From the NCBI GenBank assembly GCA_002733415.1, contig NVVR01000002.1, positions 1 to 64,000 on the forward strand: a stretch of 64,000 nucleotides of DNA, written 5' to 3'. Below, one piece after another: positions 52,901 through 63,102 of this stretch; position 1 is the stretch's first letter; each line of letters begins with the position of its first letter. The position numbers and the translations under genes are program-made. The notes beneath the pieces are model-generated. The model was not told the origin of the DNA. It searched no databases and saw nothing but the letters and a program-made list of their open reading frames with translations. The DNA is from Kordia sp. Lineage in GTDB: Bacteria; Bacteroidota; Bacteroidia; Flavobacteriales; Flavobacteriaceae.

Positions 52901-53351
52901 TGTTTCCAACGGATATCCCCCTTGAAATACTTCCTGAGGTTTCTAAGCCCTCGAAAGGAATATAGTTTCGTTTTATATTTGTGACTCCAAGGCTGTATAA
53001 TTTATCGGTATTTGTAGTATTTTTTACAATGATGCTTTTGTCTAATAAAAAATATTTCTTAGTTACAAAGTCTGGGTATTTGGTGTAGTGAATGTAAATA
53101 GAGTCTGTAGCAATGCTATCGGTATTTTTTATTTGAAGGATGCTTTTTCCATAATCTACGGTATAATAAGTAGTGTCGATTTGTTTTAAATTTTTATCAA
53201 AAAGCTTAAACTGAAAAGGAGTAATACTGACCGAGTCTATAAGAATAGAGTCTTTTACATGAACCTTTTTTTGTATGCGATTAGTATTGGTTTCTTGAGT
53301 GAAACACAAAAAGCTAATAGAAGTAAAAAGTAAAAATAAGAGTATTCTCAT
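49938..53351 (-). CDS. Large outer-membrane beta-barrel-type protein (1137 aa), hypothetical
   Basis: Signal peptide. C-terminal ...IQLKAFF with a terminal Phe. Beta-rich composition. Confidence 0.5.
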   Translation of the reverse strand: MRILLFLLFTSISFLCFTQETNTNRIQKKVHVKDSILIDSVSITPFQFKLFDKNLKQIDTTYYTVDYGKSILQIKNTDSIATDSIYIHYTKYPDFVTKKYFLLDKSIIVKNTTNTDKLYSLGVTNIKRNYIPFEGLETSGSISRGISVGNNQNSVLNSELDLQISGKISDKVSIRASLQDSNIPLQEGGYSQKLNEFDQVFIELFSDNWLLRAGDVNLENKSSYFGKFSKKVQGIYATGTIKRDSSETRLFAAGALVKGQYAKSEFKGQEGNQGPYKLTGQNGELFILLVSGSETVYINGLPQQRGENNDYVIDYNAGEIIFNATNPITSEMRITAEYQFSDQNYSRIIAYGGGGHKDKKFRIDAHVYTENDAKNQPLQQSLSSEQVAILKAAGNDPDLMNAPSAIPEPYSENRILYKKETIGGIEAFVFSNEPTDVLFQVKFSLVGNNQGNYVLVNSNAISNIFEYVAPIGGISQGNYEPLIKLVAPTKLQMAIIDASYTPNERTKIDFELAGSKNDLNLFSDIDDEDNDGFAGKLTVERNIIKQDSSWNLNAFIDTDYVNKNFRTVERLYRVEFDRDWNLENPLGNQNIISSGLSLNHHKKGIINYTYEHLEYSENYNGNRHVLNNDLHLNKFRIASNSSFLKGSSESYDSKFLRISARILYELNKGWVGAKTSLENNQLEDKLSKLLTGNSQKYNAYEVFSGIGDSTNVFAEIGYKYRVNDSLKNNELTRVNNSNTYYLKSKLINSPRTKLSLHANYRELTYEDETIPNEKSLNGRVLYNQGFFNQFLNLNTVFEVNSGVVPQQDFTYVEVDEGQGYYTWIDYNENAIQELNEFEVAQFQDQANFVKILLPNQVFIKTEQNKWSASLTINPKVWIDSDNGLKKIVSKFFNQTSFLINKKTKREDTFNFTLFKREDEKLLTINSSFKNTLFFNRAKQNFSTSYTYLQNRNRNILSIGFQENNATNNQLLFIHKFYSSWLFEFRNNLGANKNESENFSANNYELKSWGTNPKISFLAATNTKLDLFYEYSVQENEIGEFETLKQQRMGFSFSVAKKDKVSLNGEFNFYINDFTGSSFSPVAYQMLEGLEKGENLTWNVFAQKRITKFLDLNLTYFGRKSEASKTIHTGNIQLKAFF

Positions 53352-53533
53352 TAAGTGTTAAACGCTGATTGTGCAGTTTTATTCCAGTACAAAAGTACAT
53401 TTTTTTACACTTTAAATACAGGAGGTGTTTTTTAGTGAATAAGTTGTTGAAATTTAAGAGTTCATTAACGTAAAATTTAGGGGATGTTTCGTTATTTTAG
53501 CGGGGTAAACAAAACTAAATAAAGAAACACCAC

Positions 53534-54295
53534 GTGAAAATTATTTCTTACAATGTTAATGGTATTCGAGCGGCACTTAAAAAAGGCTTCATTGAATGGC
53601 TACAACAAGCAAATCCGGACGTTATTTGTATTCAAGAAACAAAAGCACATAAGGAACAGTTAGATTTGTCTGTTTTTGAAGAGGCAGGATATCCGTTTAA
53701 TTATTGGTATAGTGCAGAAAAAAAAGGCTACTCTAGTGTAGCAATTTTGTCTAAAACTGAGCCAAAGCATATTGAGTATGGAACGGGGATAGAGTATATG
53801 GATTTTGAAGGAAGAAACATTCGTGTCGATTTTGAGAATGTTTCTATCATGAGTTTGTATTTGCCATCAGGAACTAATGATGCTCGTTTAGAGTTTAAGT
53901 TTAAGTATATGGATGACTTTCAGAAATACATTAATGACTTGAAAGAAGAAATTCCGAATCTAATTATTTGTGGCGATTATAATATTTGTCATGAAGAGAT
54001 TGACATTCATAATCCAAAAGGCTTAAAAAATACTTCTGGGTTTTTACCAATAGAACGAGAGTGGATTGGTGGTTTTATTAATAACGGATTTATAGATTCT
54101 TTCCGTCATTTTAATAGTGAGCCACATCAATATAGTTGGTGGAGTTACAGAGCAAATGCAAGAAATAATAATAAAGGTTGGCGACTGGATTATGCAATGG
54201 TATCAGCTCCTTTAAAAGATAGATTAACAAGAGCGGTGATTTTACAGGAAGCGAAGCATTCGGATCATTGCCCCATTGTAGTGGAGATAGATTAA
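53534..54295 (+). CDS. xth: Exodeoxyribonuclease III
   Basis: MKIISYNVNGIRA...DVICIQETK...GDYNICHEEIDIHNP...WSYR. Confidence 0.85.
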   Translation: MKIISYNVNGIRAALKKGFIEWLQQANPDVICIQETKAHKEQLDLSVFEEAGYPFNYWYSAEKKGYSSVAILSKTEPKHIEYGTGIEYMDFEGRNIRVDFENVSIMSLYLPSGTNDARLEFKFKYMDDFQKYINDLKEEIPNLIICGDYNICHEEIDIHNPKGLKNTSGFLPIEREWIGGFINNGFIDSFRHFNSEPHQYSWWSYRANARNNNKGWRLDYAMVSAPLKDRLTRAVILQEAKHSDHCPIVVEID

Positions 54296-54528
54296 GTGAT
54301 TGTTGAATGATGATTTTCGATTGTTGATTTTAGAAGTAAAAACCAAAATAAAACTGCATTAGGGATAGAAGCGACATCCTTTTTAAGCGTCCGTTCGAGT
54401 GAATTTATGAAGTGATAACGAATGAATTTGTACCGAGAACAGCTTAAAAAGATATAGCGGATAGCCCGACCAAAATTCGTGAAATTTTGGAAATGCACAA
54501 AAACAATAAATTTAAATAGAGTAGTAAT

Positions 54529-54550
54529 GTCAGTCTGAGTTTGTCGAAGA
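54529..54550. repeat. REP-like element, copy 3
   Basis: gtcagtctgagtttgtcgaaga. Confidence 0.4.
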
Positions 54551-54573
54551 CTATCGTATTAAAACAATAAATT

Positions 54574-55536
54574 ATGATCAGAAAAGTTTCATTAGTAATA
54601 TTAGGAACAATATTAGTTACCTCATGTGTGTCAAAGAAGGTTTTTACCGATTTAGAAAGCAATTATGCTAAATTAAAGAAAACGCATAGAGCACTAGAAG
54701 GTAAAAAGAAAGATTGTGATGAGCTAACAGCTCAGTTAGAAACTGATTTAGCTACCACAAATTCAGAATTAGAAAAGTTAAAAGCTGACAAGGCAAATTT
54801 AGCAAATGAAATAGCAAATTCTCAAGCAAAAGTGGATGGATTAGGGAAGTCATATAAGCAATTGGAGGAGAGTAGCGCATCAGAATTAGCAAAGAACACT
54901 GCTAAGAATAGAGCATTGTTGCAGCAGTTAGAAGATAAAGAAAAAGCATTAGCAGCTGAAAACGCTCGTTTAATAGGATTGCAAAAAGAATTAGATTCAC
55001 GATCTAAAAGAGTTGACGAACTGGAAGGTGCATTAGCGGCAAAAGATGCAAATATGAAAGCGTTGAAAAATTCTATTTCTAAAGCCTTAACAAATTTTGA
55101 AGGAAAAGGACTGACTGTAGAACAACGTGATGGGAAAGTATATGTTTCTATGGAGAACAAATTATTGTTCCAATCAGGAAGTTGGAAAATTGGTACACAA
55201 GGAAAAAAAGCAGTAACACAATTAGGGGCAGTTTTAGCGGAAAACCCTGAGATTAACGTGTTGATTGAAGGGCATACCGATAATGATGCCTTTAATGGGA
55301 AAGGTGATATTTCAGGTAACTGGGATTTGTCAACTAAAAGAGCTACCGCAATTGTAACTATTTTACAAGAAAATAAAAACATCAATGCAGAGAGTTTAAC
55401 TGCTGCTGGTAGAAGTGCATATTCGCCAATTGCGAGTAATGATACTCCAGAAGGAAAAGCTAAAAACCGTAGAATAGAAGTGATTTTAACACCTAAGTTA
55501 GATGAGGTTTCTAAGTTATTGAGTGAAGTACAGTAA
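54574..55536 (+). CDS. OmpA-family lipoprotein with an extended coiled-coil region
   Basis: Lipobox VTSC. Long coiled coil. C-terminal OmpA domain NVLIEGHTDNDAF...STKRATAIVTIL...NRRIEVIL. Confidence 0.75.
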   Translation: MIRKVSLVILGTILVTSCVSKKVFTDLESNYAKLKKTHRALEGKKKDCDELTAQLETDLATTNSELEKLKADKANLANEIANSQAKVDGLGKSYKQLEESSASELAKNTAKNRALLQQLEDKEKALAAENARLIGLQKELDSRSKRVDELEGALAAKDANMKALKNSISKALTNFEGKGLTVEQRDGKVYVSMENKLLFQSGSWKIGTQGKKAVTQLGAVLAENPEINVLIEGHTDNDAFNGKGDISGNWDLSTKRATAIVTILQENKNINAESLTAAGRSAYSPIASNDTPEGKAKNRRIEVILTPKLDEVSKLLSEVQ

Positions 55537-55704
55537 AAAAAATGAAGTTGAAATCGAACTCGAAATTTAAATGAACGTTTCATTTCAAGTGTTTTTATGG
55601 GGTGTAACGAAGAGAAAAAATAGCTTGCCCTCAACTTGATTGGGGTATCGAGAAGTTTTGTTTATTTAAGATTAACGATTGCTGATTTTAGAATAATAAT
55701 AAGG

Positions 55705-55797
55705 ACGTCATTGCGAGTGATAGTGAAGTAATCTGTTTAAACTTAGTTACAATGTTTAAACAGATTGCTTTGTCGTAAAAACTCCTTGAAATGACGT
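55705..55797. repeat. REP-like element, copy 4, with an extended nested hairpin
   Basis: gtcattgcgagtgatagtgaagtaatctgtttaaac...gtttaaacagattgctt...aatgacgtg. Confidence 0.5.
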
Positions 55798-55832
55798 GTT
55801 TTGTATCAATCCCAATATCATAATTTTATAAA

Positions 55833-56867
55833 ATGAAGTATACAACGATACCAAAAACAGATATTAAAGTAAGTAAGATTTGTTTAGGAACCATGACATT
55901 TGGAAATCAGAATTCTGAGGAAGATGCACATGAGCAAATGGATTATGCTTTAAGAAATGGAGTTAATTTTTTTGATACAGCAGAAATGTATGCGGTACCA
56001 CCAAGTGCAGCAACTCAAGGGAAAACAGAAGAATATATAGGGTCTTGGTTTGTTAAAACAGGAAATAGAGAGGATGTTGTATTAGCTACCAAAATTGCAG
56101 GCCCTAACCGAGGTATGGATTGGATACGTGAAGATTTAAGTTATTCTAAAGCGAACTTGACTTTGGCATTAGAAAATAGTTTAAATCGTTTGCATACTGA
56201 TTATATTGACTTGTATCAGCTGCATTGGCCAGAACGAAATGTAAATATTTTTGGTCAAAGAGATTATAAGCATGATAATACTGAAGAGTGTCAGGATAAT
56301 TTTGAGGAAACCTTATCGGTTTTAGATGGATTTGTAACTGCAGGGAAAATAAGACAAATTGGAGTTTCTAATGAGACGCCTTATGGAGCAATGAAATTTT
56401 TAGAAGCTTCTAAAAAAGGATTGCCTAGAATAAAAACCATACAAAACGCATATTCGCTTATTAATAGAAGTTATGAAAATGGTTTAGCTGAAGTATCCAT
56501 GCGTGAAGAAGTAGGTTTGTTGGCGTATTCTCCACTAGCTTTTGGAACATTGTCTGGCAAATATATTAAAGATCCAAAAACAGTTGGTAGAGTATCACTA
56601 TTTCCAAGGTATTCTCGTTATTCAAGTGAGCAATCTACTAATGCAATACAAAAGTATATGGACTTGGCTGATAAATATAATATTAGTTTAACGCATTTAG
56701 CGCTAGCTTTTGTGAATCAACAGCCTTTTGTAACAAGTAATATTGTAGGTGCTACAACAATTGCTCAATTAAAAGAGAATATATCTAGTATTGATATTAC
56801 TTTGTCTGATGATATTTTAAATGAGATTGAAGCAATACATACTATAATTCCAAATCCAGCCCCTTAA
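55833..56867 (+). CDS. NADP-dependent aldo/keto reductase (Tas-like)
   Basis: AKR signature KICLGTMTFG...FFDTAEMY...DLYQLHWP. Confidence 0.8.
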   Translation: MKYTTIPKTDIKVSKICLGTMTFGNQNSEEDAHEQMDYALRNGVNFFDTAEMYAVPPSAATQGKTEEYIGSWFVKTGNREDVVLATKIAGPNRGMDWIREDLSYSKANLTLALENSLNRLHTDYIDLYQLHWPERNVNIFGQRDYKHDNTEECQDNFEETLSVLDGFVTAGKIRQIGVSNETPYGAMKFLEASKKGLPRIKTIQNAYSLINRSYENGLAEVSMREEVGLLAYSPLAFGTLSGKYIKDPKTVGRVSLFPRYSRYSSEQSTNAIQKYMDLADKYNISLTHLALAFVNQQPFVTSNIVGATTIAQLKENISSIDITLSDDILNEIEAIHTIIPNPAP

Positions 56868-56975
56868 TTTTCTTAGTTGTATCTTTATTACAATGGAAAA
56901 ATACATCGAAGTATTCATACAATCTTTTAGCGGAAGTCTTAATTGGACCTGGAAGTCTATATTGTTTGAAGTGCC

Positions 56976-57505
56976 TTGGCAGATCAATTTTTTCTGGGGA
57001 TTAACATTAATATCTCTTCTTGTTTGGGGGTAGAAATAGTGTTTCCTTGGCGAAAAACCAAATATATTTTAGAAAATATTTTTGGTTGGATGGGTTTTAT
57101 ATGTGTTTCAATTTTTTTGTATTCTCAATTGTTGTTAGTGGTCTTTATAGAATACTCGGGTTATTGTTCAGTGATATTTGAGTTACAAGAAAGAGTATAA
57201 TGCTGTTTGATATAACTCAGTTGGCAAATTGGGTGCAATTATTACTATTCTTTATTTTACTAGATTTTGTACAGTGGTTTACACATGTGTTATTGCATCA
57301 ATATGAATTTTTGTGGAAGTTTCATAAAGTGCATCATTCTGTTAAAGAAATGGGTTTTGCTGCACAGCTTTGTTACCATTGGGTGGAAAATATATTCTAC
57401 AAACCTTTAAAAACCATAGCGGTTATGTTATTAGGCGGTTTTGAGACTGAGCAAGCATTTTATAATGCACTTTGTTGCGATTGCAATAGGGCATGCGAAT
57501 ATTAA
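56976..57505 (+). pseudogene. Fragmented sterol desaturase / fatty-acid hydroxylase family gene
   Basis: Two adjacent short ORFs, at 56976..57200 and 57200..57505. The second carries a His-box HKVHH and then stops prematurely. The family normally has two or more His boxes. Confidence 0.4.
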
Positions 57506-57757
57506 GGTGTCTTAGAGAGTGTTTAAGTATGTTTTTAATGATCCGTAATAGCATTCGTATCATCATGCTAAATCACTTCCATAAGAACGGAAAAGTGGAG
57601 TGAATTTCAGAATAAACTTAAGTGTTTGGGGGCACATTTTTAAAACTAATTATATCCCTTAAAGTAGTGGAACTATTGCTTTGGGTTGGGAAGGTGATGA
57701 AAATTTCCCGAAAAACTTTTTTGAGCAACTACTCGTTGGTTTTAAGAAAACTAAAAA

Positions 57758-57793
57758 AGGCTAGAAAATAAAATAATTTTCTAGCCTTTTTTA
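57758..57793. terminator. Bidirectional terminator
   Basis: aggctagaaaataaaataattttctagcct followed by a T-run. Confidence 0.65.
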
Positions 57794-57810
57794 ATTCCTG
57801 AGATTAGTAT

Positions 57811-58125
57811 CTAGTTTGGAAGTACTGTTTTTCCAGTCCATTCTAAAATCCCTCCACTCAAATTGTTAGTTTCATTAATGCCTATTGAATTCATTACTTG
57901 GCAAGCTTGTCCGCTTCTAGCGCCACTTCTGCAATATACATAGTAGTTTTTACTTTTATCGAGATTTTCAATTTCTCCCATGAATGATTCAGGTTCTAAA
58001 ATGTTTATTAGAACAGCGTTTTCAATTATACCTTCAGCCCATTCATTAGGAGTTCTTACGTCTAAAATGACAGTATTATCTTTCTTAATAGAAGTGCTCC
58101 AGTCTGCTTGTGTTAAGTTTTTCAT
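57811..58125 (-). CDS. Rhodanese-like sulfurtransferase domain protein
   Basis: Active-site loop YVYCRSGARSG. Confidence 0.75.
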   Translation of the reverse strand: MKNLTQADWSTSIKKDNTVILDVRTPNEWAEGIIENAVLINILEPESFMGEIENLDKSKNYYVYCRSGARSGQACQVMNSIGINETNNLSGGILEWTGKTVLPN

Positions 58126-58148
58126 TTGCTAATTAATATTGTTATGTG

Positions 58149-59552
58149 TTATAAAGTAGATGGACAGACGTATTCAGATATAGAAACGTTTGTTTTTTTA
58201 ATGGCTCCAAAGCCACCTTTTACATCAGTAATATTATGTATTCCTCTGCTTTTTAAAATAGAAGCTGCAATTACGGAACGGTATCCACCAGCACAATGGA
58301 TGTAACTTGTTTCTTCAGCTTTGTAATTATCTAAAAAGTCGTTTATTTTACTTAATGGAGTATGTGTTGCATTAGTAATATGAGTGGATTGAAACTCTCC
58401 TACTTTACGTACGTCAAATACTTTGGTGTTTCCCATTTCAGAAGCAAACTCTTCAGCTGTAATTGATCGTAATGTATCAGTGTCTCTACCTTCTTTTACC
58501 CAAGCGTTATAACTTCCTTTTAAAAATCCTATGGTGTTATCAAAACCAACTCTTGATAGTCGGGTAATTACTTCTGCTTCTCGTCCTTCTGGGCATACCA
58601 ATAAAATAGGTTGTTTTACATCAGCAATTAATGCGCCAACCCAAGGAGCAAACCCGCCGTCAATACCAATAAAAATTGAACGTGGTATATGTCCAAGTAC
58701 AAAGTCATTTTGATGACGTACATCTAAAATAACAGCACCTGTTTTGTTTACTTTTTCTTCAAATTCAGTTGGAGTTAAACCTTGTGTACCTCTTTTTATA
58801 ACAGTATCTAAATCATCATAACCTTCCTTGTTCATTTTTACATTTTGAGGAAAGTATGCGGGAGGAGGTAGTAATCCGTCAGTAACTTCAGCTATGAATT
58901 CTTCTTTAGTCATGTCGGCACGTAAGGCGTAATTGTTTTTTTTCTGATCGCCAATTGTACCTGTTGTTTCTTTACTCATGTTTTTCCCACATGCTGATCC
59001 AGCTCCATGTGCTGGGTAAACAATTACATCGTCCGCCAAAGGCATTATTTTATTACGTAAACTATCATATAAATATCCAGCTAAATCATTTTCTGTAAGA
59101 TGCCCTGTTTTTTGTGCTAAATCTGGTCGTCCGACATCTCCTATGAATAATGTATCGCCACTAAATATTGCGTGGTTTTTTCCTTCTGCATCAATTAATA
59201 GATAAGTAGTGCTTTCCATGGTGTGCCCTGGGGTGTGCAATACTTTAATTGTTATATTTCCTAATTTGAATTCTTGATTATCTTTGGCTATTATAGCTTT
59301 GTAAGAAGTGTCAGCATTTGGTCCAAAAATGATTTCTGCGCCAGTATTTTTTGCTAGGGTAACATGTCCGCTAACAAAATCGGCATGAAAATGTGTTTCA
59401 AATATATACTTGATTTTTGCATTGTCTAGTTTCGCTCTGTTAATGTAAGGTTGAGTTTCGCGTAAAGGGTCAATTATGGCAACTTCTCCATTACACTCAA
59501 TATAATAAGCTCCTTGAGCTAAACACCCAGTATATATTTGTTCAATATTCAT
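58149..59552 (-). CDS. MBL-fold persulfide dioxygenase-like enzyme fused to rhodanese domains
   Basis: ETHFHADFVSGH metal motif, with rhodanese modules in the C-terminal half. Confidence 0.7.
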   Translation of the reverse strand: MNIEQIYTGCLAQGAYYIECNGEVAIIDPLRETQPYINRAKLDNAKIKYIFETHFHADFVSGHVTLAKNTGAEIIFGPNADTSYKAIIAKDNQEFKLGNITIKVLHTPGHTMESTTYLLIDAEGKNHAIFSGDTLFIGDVGRPDLAQKTGHLTENDLAGYLYDSLRNKIMPLADDVIVYPAHGAGSACGKNMSKETTGTIGDQKKNNYALRADMTKEEFIAEVTDGLLPPPAYFPQNVKMNKEGYDDLDTVIKRGTQGLTPTEFEEKVNKTGAVILDVRHQNDFVLGHIPRSIFIGIDGGFAPWVGALIADVKQPILLVCPEGREAEVITRLSRVGFDNTIGFLKGSYNAWVKEGRDTDTLRSITAEEFASEMGNTKVFDVRKVGEFQSTHITNATHTPLSKINDFLDNYKAEETSYIHCAGGYRSVIAASILKSRGIHNITDVKGGFGAIKKTNVSISEYVCPSTL

Positions 59553-59630
59553 GTTGTCTAAATTTTATTTTTCAAAGATAAAAATAGTTGCTTGTTTTTT
59601 ATAGTATTGTAGGTCACAATACTATGAAAT

Positions 59631-60443
59631 TTATTTTTTCACGAAAAACTCCATGTAAAAAATAAAAAAAGCCATAGCGAAAACAAAATAACCAAAGCCT
59701 TTTTTTAATTTTTTACCGTTGACGAAGTTGTTGAGGTAACTTCCAATAAAAATACCAACTAATGAAATCATTGTAAATACAGTTAAGAATTCCCAATCTA
59801 TTTCTAAAGTAAATGCATCGCCTAAGAAAAAGCCTAAGAGTGATTTTAAAGCAATAATTATAAGTGATGTTCCTATTGCTGTTTTCATGTCCAAGTTTGC
59901 TAAAATCACTAATGCTGGGATGATTATAAATCCTCCCCCGGCGCCAATTAAGCCGGTTATTGATCCAATAACAATTCCTTCAATAACTATAAGTTGGTAG
60001 TTGTAAGTAGTGTTTTTGTTTGTTTGATCTATTATTTCTTTACGATCCTTTAGCATAGAAATTGCAGCGGGAATCATAAGTATTGCAAATAGGCCAAACA
60101 TTCCCATTCTTCTTGTAAAATCAAACCCATCAAAAGTTATTAGAACATCAGGTAAAATAGGGATGATAAATTTCCGAACTATAGTAACTCCAATTATTGC
60201 TGGTATTCCAAAGACAAATGCGATTTTCCAATTTACAAAGCCTTTGTAATGTTGTTTTATTCCGCCAACTAGTGCGCTGGATCCTACAATAAATAAGGAA
60301 TAAGCAGTAGCTATTTTTTCATTTAGGAAAAATGAATATGCTAAAACGGGAACAGCTAGTATAGAGCCTCCTCCGCCAATTAGGCCTAAAGAAATTCCAA
60401 TTATTAATGCACAGAGATATCCAAAAATCTCAATTAATTCCAT
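59631..60443 (-). CDS. Sulfite exporter TauE/SafE family membrane protein
   Basis: Two-fold repeated 4-TM pattern with glycine-rich helices. Confidence 0.7.
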   Translation of the reverse strand: MELIEIFGYLCALIIGISLGLIGGGGSILAVPVLAYSFFLNEKIATAYSLFIVGSSALVGGIKQHYKGFVNWKIAFVFGIPAIIGVTIVRKFIIPILPDVLITFDGFDFTRRMGMFGLFAILMIPAAISMLKDRKEIIDQTNKNTTYNYQLIVIEGIVIGSITGLIGAGGGFIIIPALVILANLDMKTAIGTSLIIIALKSLLGFFLGDAFTLEIDWEFLTVFTMISLVGIFIGSYLNNFVNGKKLKKGFGYFVFAMAFFIFYMEFFVKK

Positions 60444-60543
60444 GAAAGTTATTGTTTGTAATAGGGGTTATTATTTGTAAATATACTGCGTGATAAGGAA
60501 ATATGCAACAATCTTTTTCGAGAAGAATTTTAGGAAGTAAATA

Positions 60544-61908
60544 CTAGCCTAATAGTTCACTTACAACATCCTCTATTTTTGATACCAAAACCAATTCTAT
60601 CTTGTTGTTTTTAACAGAAATTTTATTGTGTTTAGAAATCAATATTCGGGTAAAGCCTAGTTTTTCCGCTTCTAGGATACGCTGGTCAATTTTATTTACG
60701 GGCCTAATTTCTCCGGAAAGGCCAACTTCTCCAGCTAAACAAATATTTTTGTCTATAACAATATCTTCATTACTAGATAATATTGCAGCAACTACTGCTA
60801 AATCTATTGCTGGGTCATCAACTGAAATACCTCCAGTAATATTTAGGAAAACATCTTTTGCTCCTAATCTGAAACCTGCTCGTTTTTCTAAAACAGCTAG
60901 TAACATGTTTAGTCTTTTAGCGTTGTAGCCAGTGGTGCTTCGTTGAGGTGTTCCGTAAACTGCGGTGCTTACCAATGCTTGTATCTCTACTAAAAGTGTG
61001 CGCATGCCTTCTATGCTTACGGCAATTGCATTACCACTAAGTTGATCGGAGTTTTTTGATATTAGAATTTCTGAAGGATTGGATACTTCTCTTAATCCGT
61101 TCCCTAGCATTTCAAATATTCCAATTTCTTGAGTAGATCCAAATCTGTTTTTAATAGCGCGTAGTATTCTATAGACATGGTTTCTGTCTCCTTCAAACTG
61201 CAACACGGTATCTACCATGTGTTCTAATATTTTTGGTCCGGCTATATTTCCGTCTTTTGTAATATGGCCAATTAATAAAACAGGGGTTGAAGTTTCTTTT
61301 GCAAATTGTATTAATTCAGAGGTGCATTCTCTAATTTGAGAGACACTACCTGCAGATGATTCTACAAAATCAGTATGTAGTGTTTGAATTGAGTCAATTA
61401 CCACAAAATCAGGGTTGGTAGCTTCAATTTGTTTGAATATGTGCTGTGTTTTGGTTTCTGTTAAAATCAGGCAATTATCCGAATCCTTTGTCAAGCGATC
61501 TGCTCTCATTTTTATTTGCTGAGCACTTTCTTCTCCGGAAACATATAAGGTCTTAAAAGGTAGTTTTAATGCTAATTGTAGCAATAAAGTAGATTTCCCA
61601 ATTCCAGGTTCTCCTCCTAATAATGTTAAAGATCCAGGAACAATTCCTCCTCCAAGTACTCGATTAAATTCCTTACTCGTGGTTTTCATTCGAACTTCTT
61701 GTGAAGTTTGAATGTCAGCTATTTTAATAGGTTTGGCAACCCTTCTTTTGGTAGAAGAATTGCCGATATCCCAACTTTTTTTAGCTTCTTTTTGAGTGAT
61801 TTCTTCAGCAATGGTGTTCCAGTCGTTACAAGAAGTGCATTGTCCTTGCCATTTTGCAAAAGATGTTCCGCAGTTTTGACAATAAAAAGTAGTTGTATTT
61901 TTTGCCAT
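60544..61908 (-). CDS. radA: DNA repair protein RadA/Sms
   Basis: N-terminal C4 zinc finger (CQNCG...CTSCNDW), Walker A GEPGIGKSTLLLQ, and a Lon-like C-terminal domain. Confidence 0.85.
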   Translation of the reverse strand: MAKNTTTFYCQNCGTSFAKWQGQCTSCNDWNTIAEEITQKEAKKSWDIGNSSTKRRVAKPIKIADIQTSQEVRMKTTSKEFNRVLGGGIVPGSLTLLGGEPGIGKSTLLLQLALKLPFKTLYVSGEESAQQIKMRADRLTKDSDNCLILTETKTQHIFKQIEATNPDFVVIDSIQTLHTDFVESSAGSVSQIRECTSELIQFAKETSTPVLLIGHITKDGNIAGPKILEHMVDTVLQFEGDRNHVYRILRAIKNRFGSTQEIGIFEMLGNGLREVSNPSEILISKNSDQLSGNAIAVSIEGMRTLLVEIQALVSTAVYGTPQRSTTGYNAKRLNMLLAVLEKRAGFRLGAKDVFLNITGGISVDDPAIDLAVVAAILSSNEDIVIDKNICLAGEVGLSGEIRPVNKIDQRILEAEKLGFTRILISKHNKISVKNNKIELVLVSKIEDVVSELLG

Positions 61909-63059
61909 TATCTTATCCCGAAATCAGCTTTAATGAGTTCAGCGTAATGCAACATGTCGTCTTTTGTTAATCGACCGATTTCATTCATAATGAATCCTGA
62001 TTGATATGCTTTTATAGCCTTTTTAGGTTCTCCGATATTTTCATAATGAACACCCATGTAGTACATACCTAACATAGATTCCGGATATTCTTCTTTTGCA
62101 AGTTTTCCTAATAATTTAAAAGCTTCCCATTCTTCAGTTTTCTTTAATGCTGCTTCTGCTGCATTAAAATCATTAATTCTGATTTGCTTGTCTAATCCGT
62201 AAAGACTTTTTATGGTATCGTATTTTTTAACTAAATAATCGTATGCAGTACCCTCGTCAAAAGTCAGCATTTTTTCTTTGTACTCTTTTCTGTCAATAGG
62301 TTTGTATAGTTTGTAGACTTTTTCAAAGGCAGTAGGTAGCGCATGACTTACCAAATCATAATGTGATTTTCCCTTGTAGTAATTATAGTTATAATCAAAG
62401 TTATCATTTGATATTGCTTCCAGGGACTTGTTTAAAGCCCCGATACTTGTCTTGCTTCTTTTTCGGTCATTTTCAGCTGTGGTTAATGAGTAATAAATGG
62501 GGTTTTGAAGATCAGAAAATTGTTCTTTTAAACGCGCTTCCATTTTAGGGGTGAAACTAGGGCTTAAAGAAATATATGAGCTGAAAAATGGTTTTTCTTG
62601 AAATAAATAAAAGTTCAAGAAGTTTGCCGAATCTCCGTGTCCTACGATAGTTCTAAAAGGAACTGTTCTGTAATTGTTATCAATGAAGTTAAATAAATCA
62701 AATGTGATGAATTCGAAAAAATCTGCACCGGTATCGTAAGGTAACCCGTTAATTTCATCACAAGCAAAATCTTCTGATTTAGTTTTCATTTGGTTTATTC
62801 CCACAATAATTGCATCTGGCATTTCGTCCCAATAAGAATAATAATCTGCAATACCTGCCACTGGTTCAAATAGATAATCGCCATCAAAAACTACTATTAC
62901 AGGGTACATTGTATCGACATTTTTTTCGTAATTTCTAGGAATTTGAATTTTCAATTGTCTTTTCTCTCCGTCCGGACCATCAATTTCTCTATAAACAGTT
63001 TGAGCAAATATGTTAATGCTAGTAAACATGATTGCGATAAGTAAAATTAATTTTCTCAT
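61908..63059 (-). CDS. Secreted putative esterase (alpha/beta-hydrolase fold) with a C-terminal TPR-like region
   Basis: Signal peptide. Esterase-like core (VIVVFDGDYLF...IVGHGDSANF). Confidence 0.5.
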   Translation of the reverse strand: MRKLILLIAIMFTSINIFAQTVYREIDGPDGEKRQLKIQIPRNYEKNVDTMYPVIVVFDGDYLFEPVAGIADYYSYWDEMPDAIIVGINQMKTKSEDFACDEINGLPYDTGADFFEFITFDLFNFIDNNYRTVPFRTIVGHGDSANFLNFYLFQEKPFFSSYISLSPSFTPKMEARLKEQFSDLQNPIYYSLTTAENDRKRSKTSIGALNKSLEAISNDNFDYNYNYYKGKSHYDLVSHALPTAFEKVYKLYKPIDRKEYKEKMLTFDEGTAYDYLVKKYDTIKSLYGLDKQIRINDFNAAEAALKKTEEWEAFKLLGKLAKEEYPESMLGMYYMGVHYENIGEPKKAIKAYQSGFIMNEIGRLTKDDMLHYAELIKADFGIR

Positions 63060-63102
63060 TATATATGTTGAATTTCAGTAAAATGGATGTACAATATACA
63101 GT

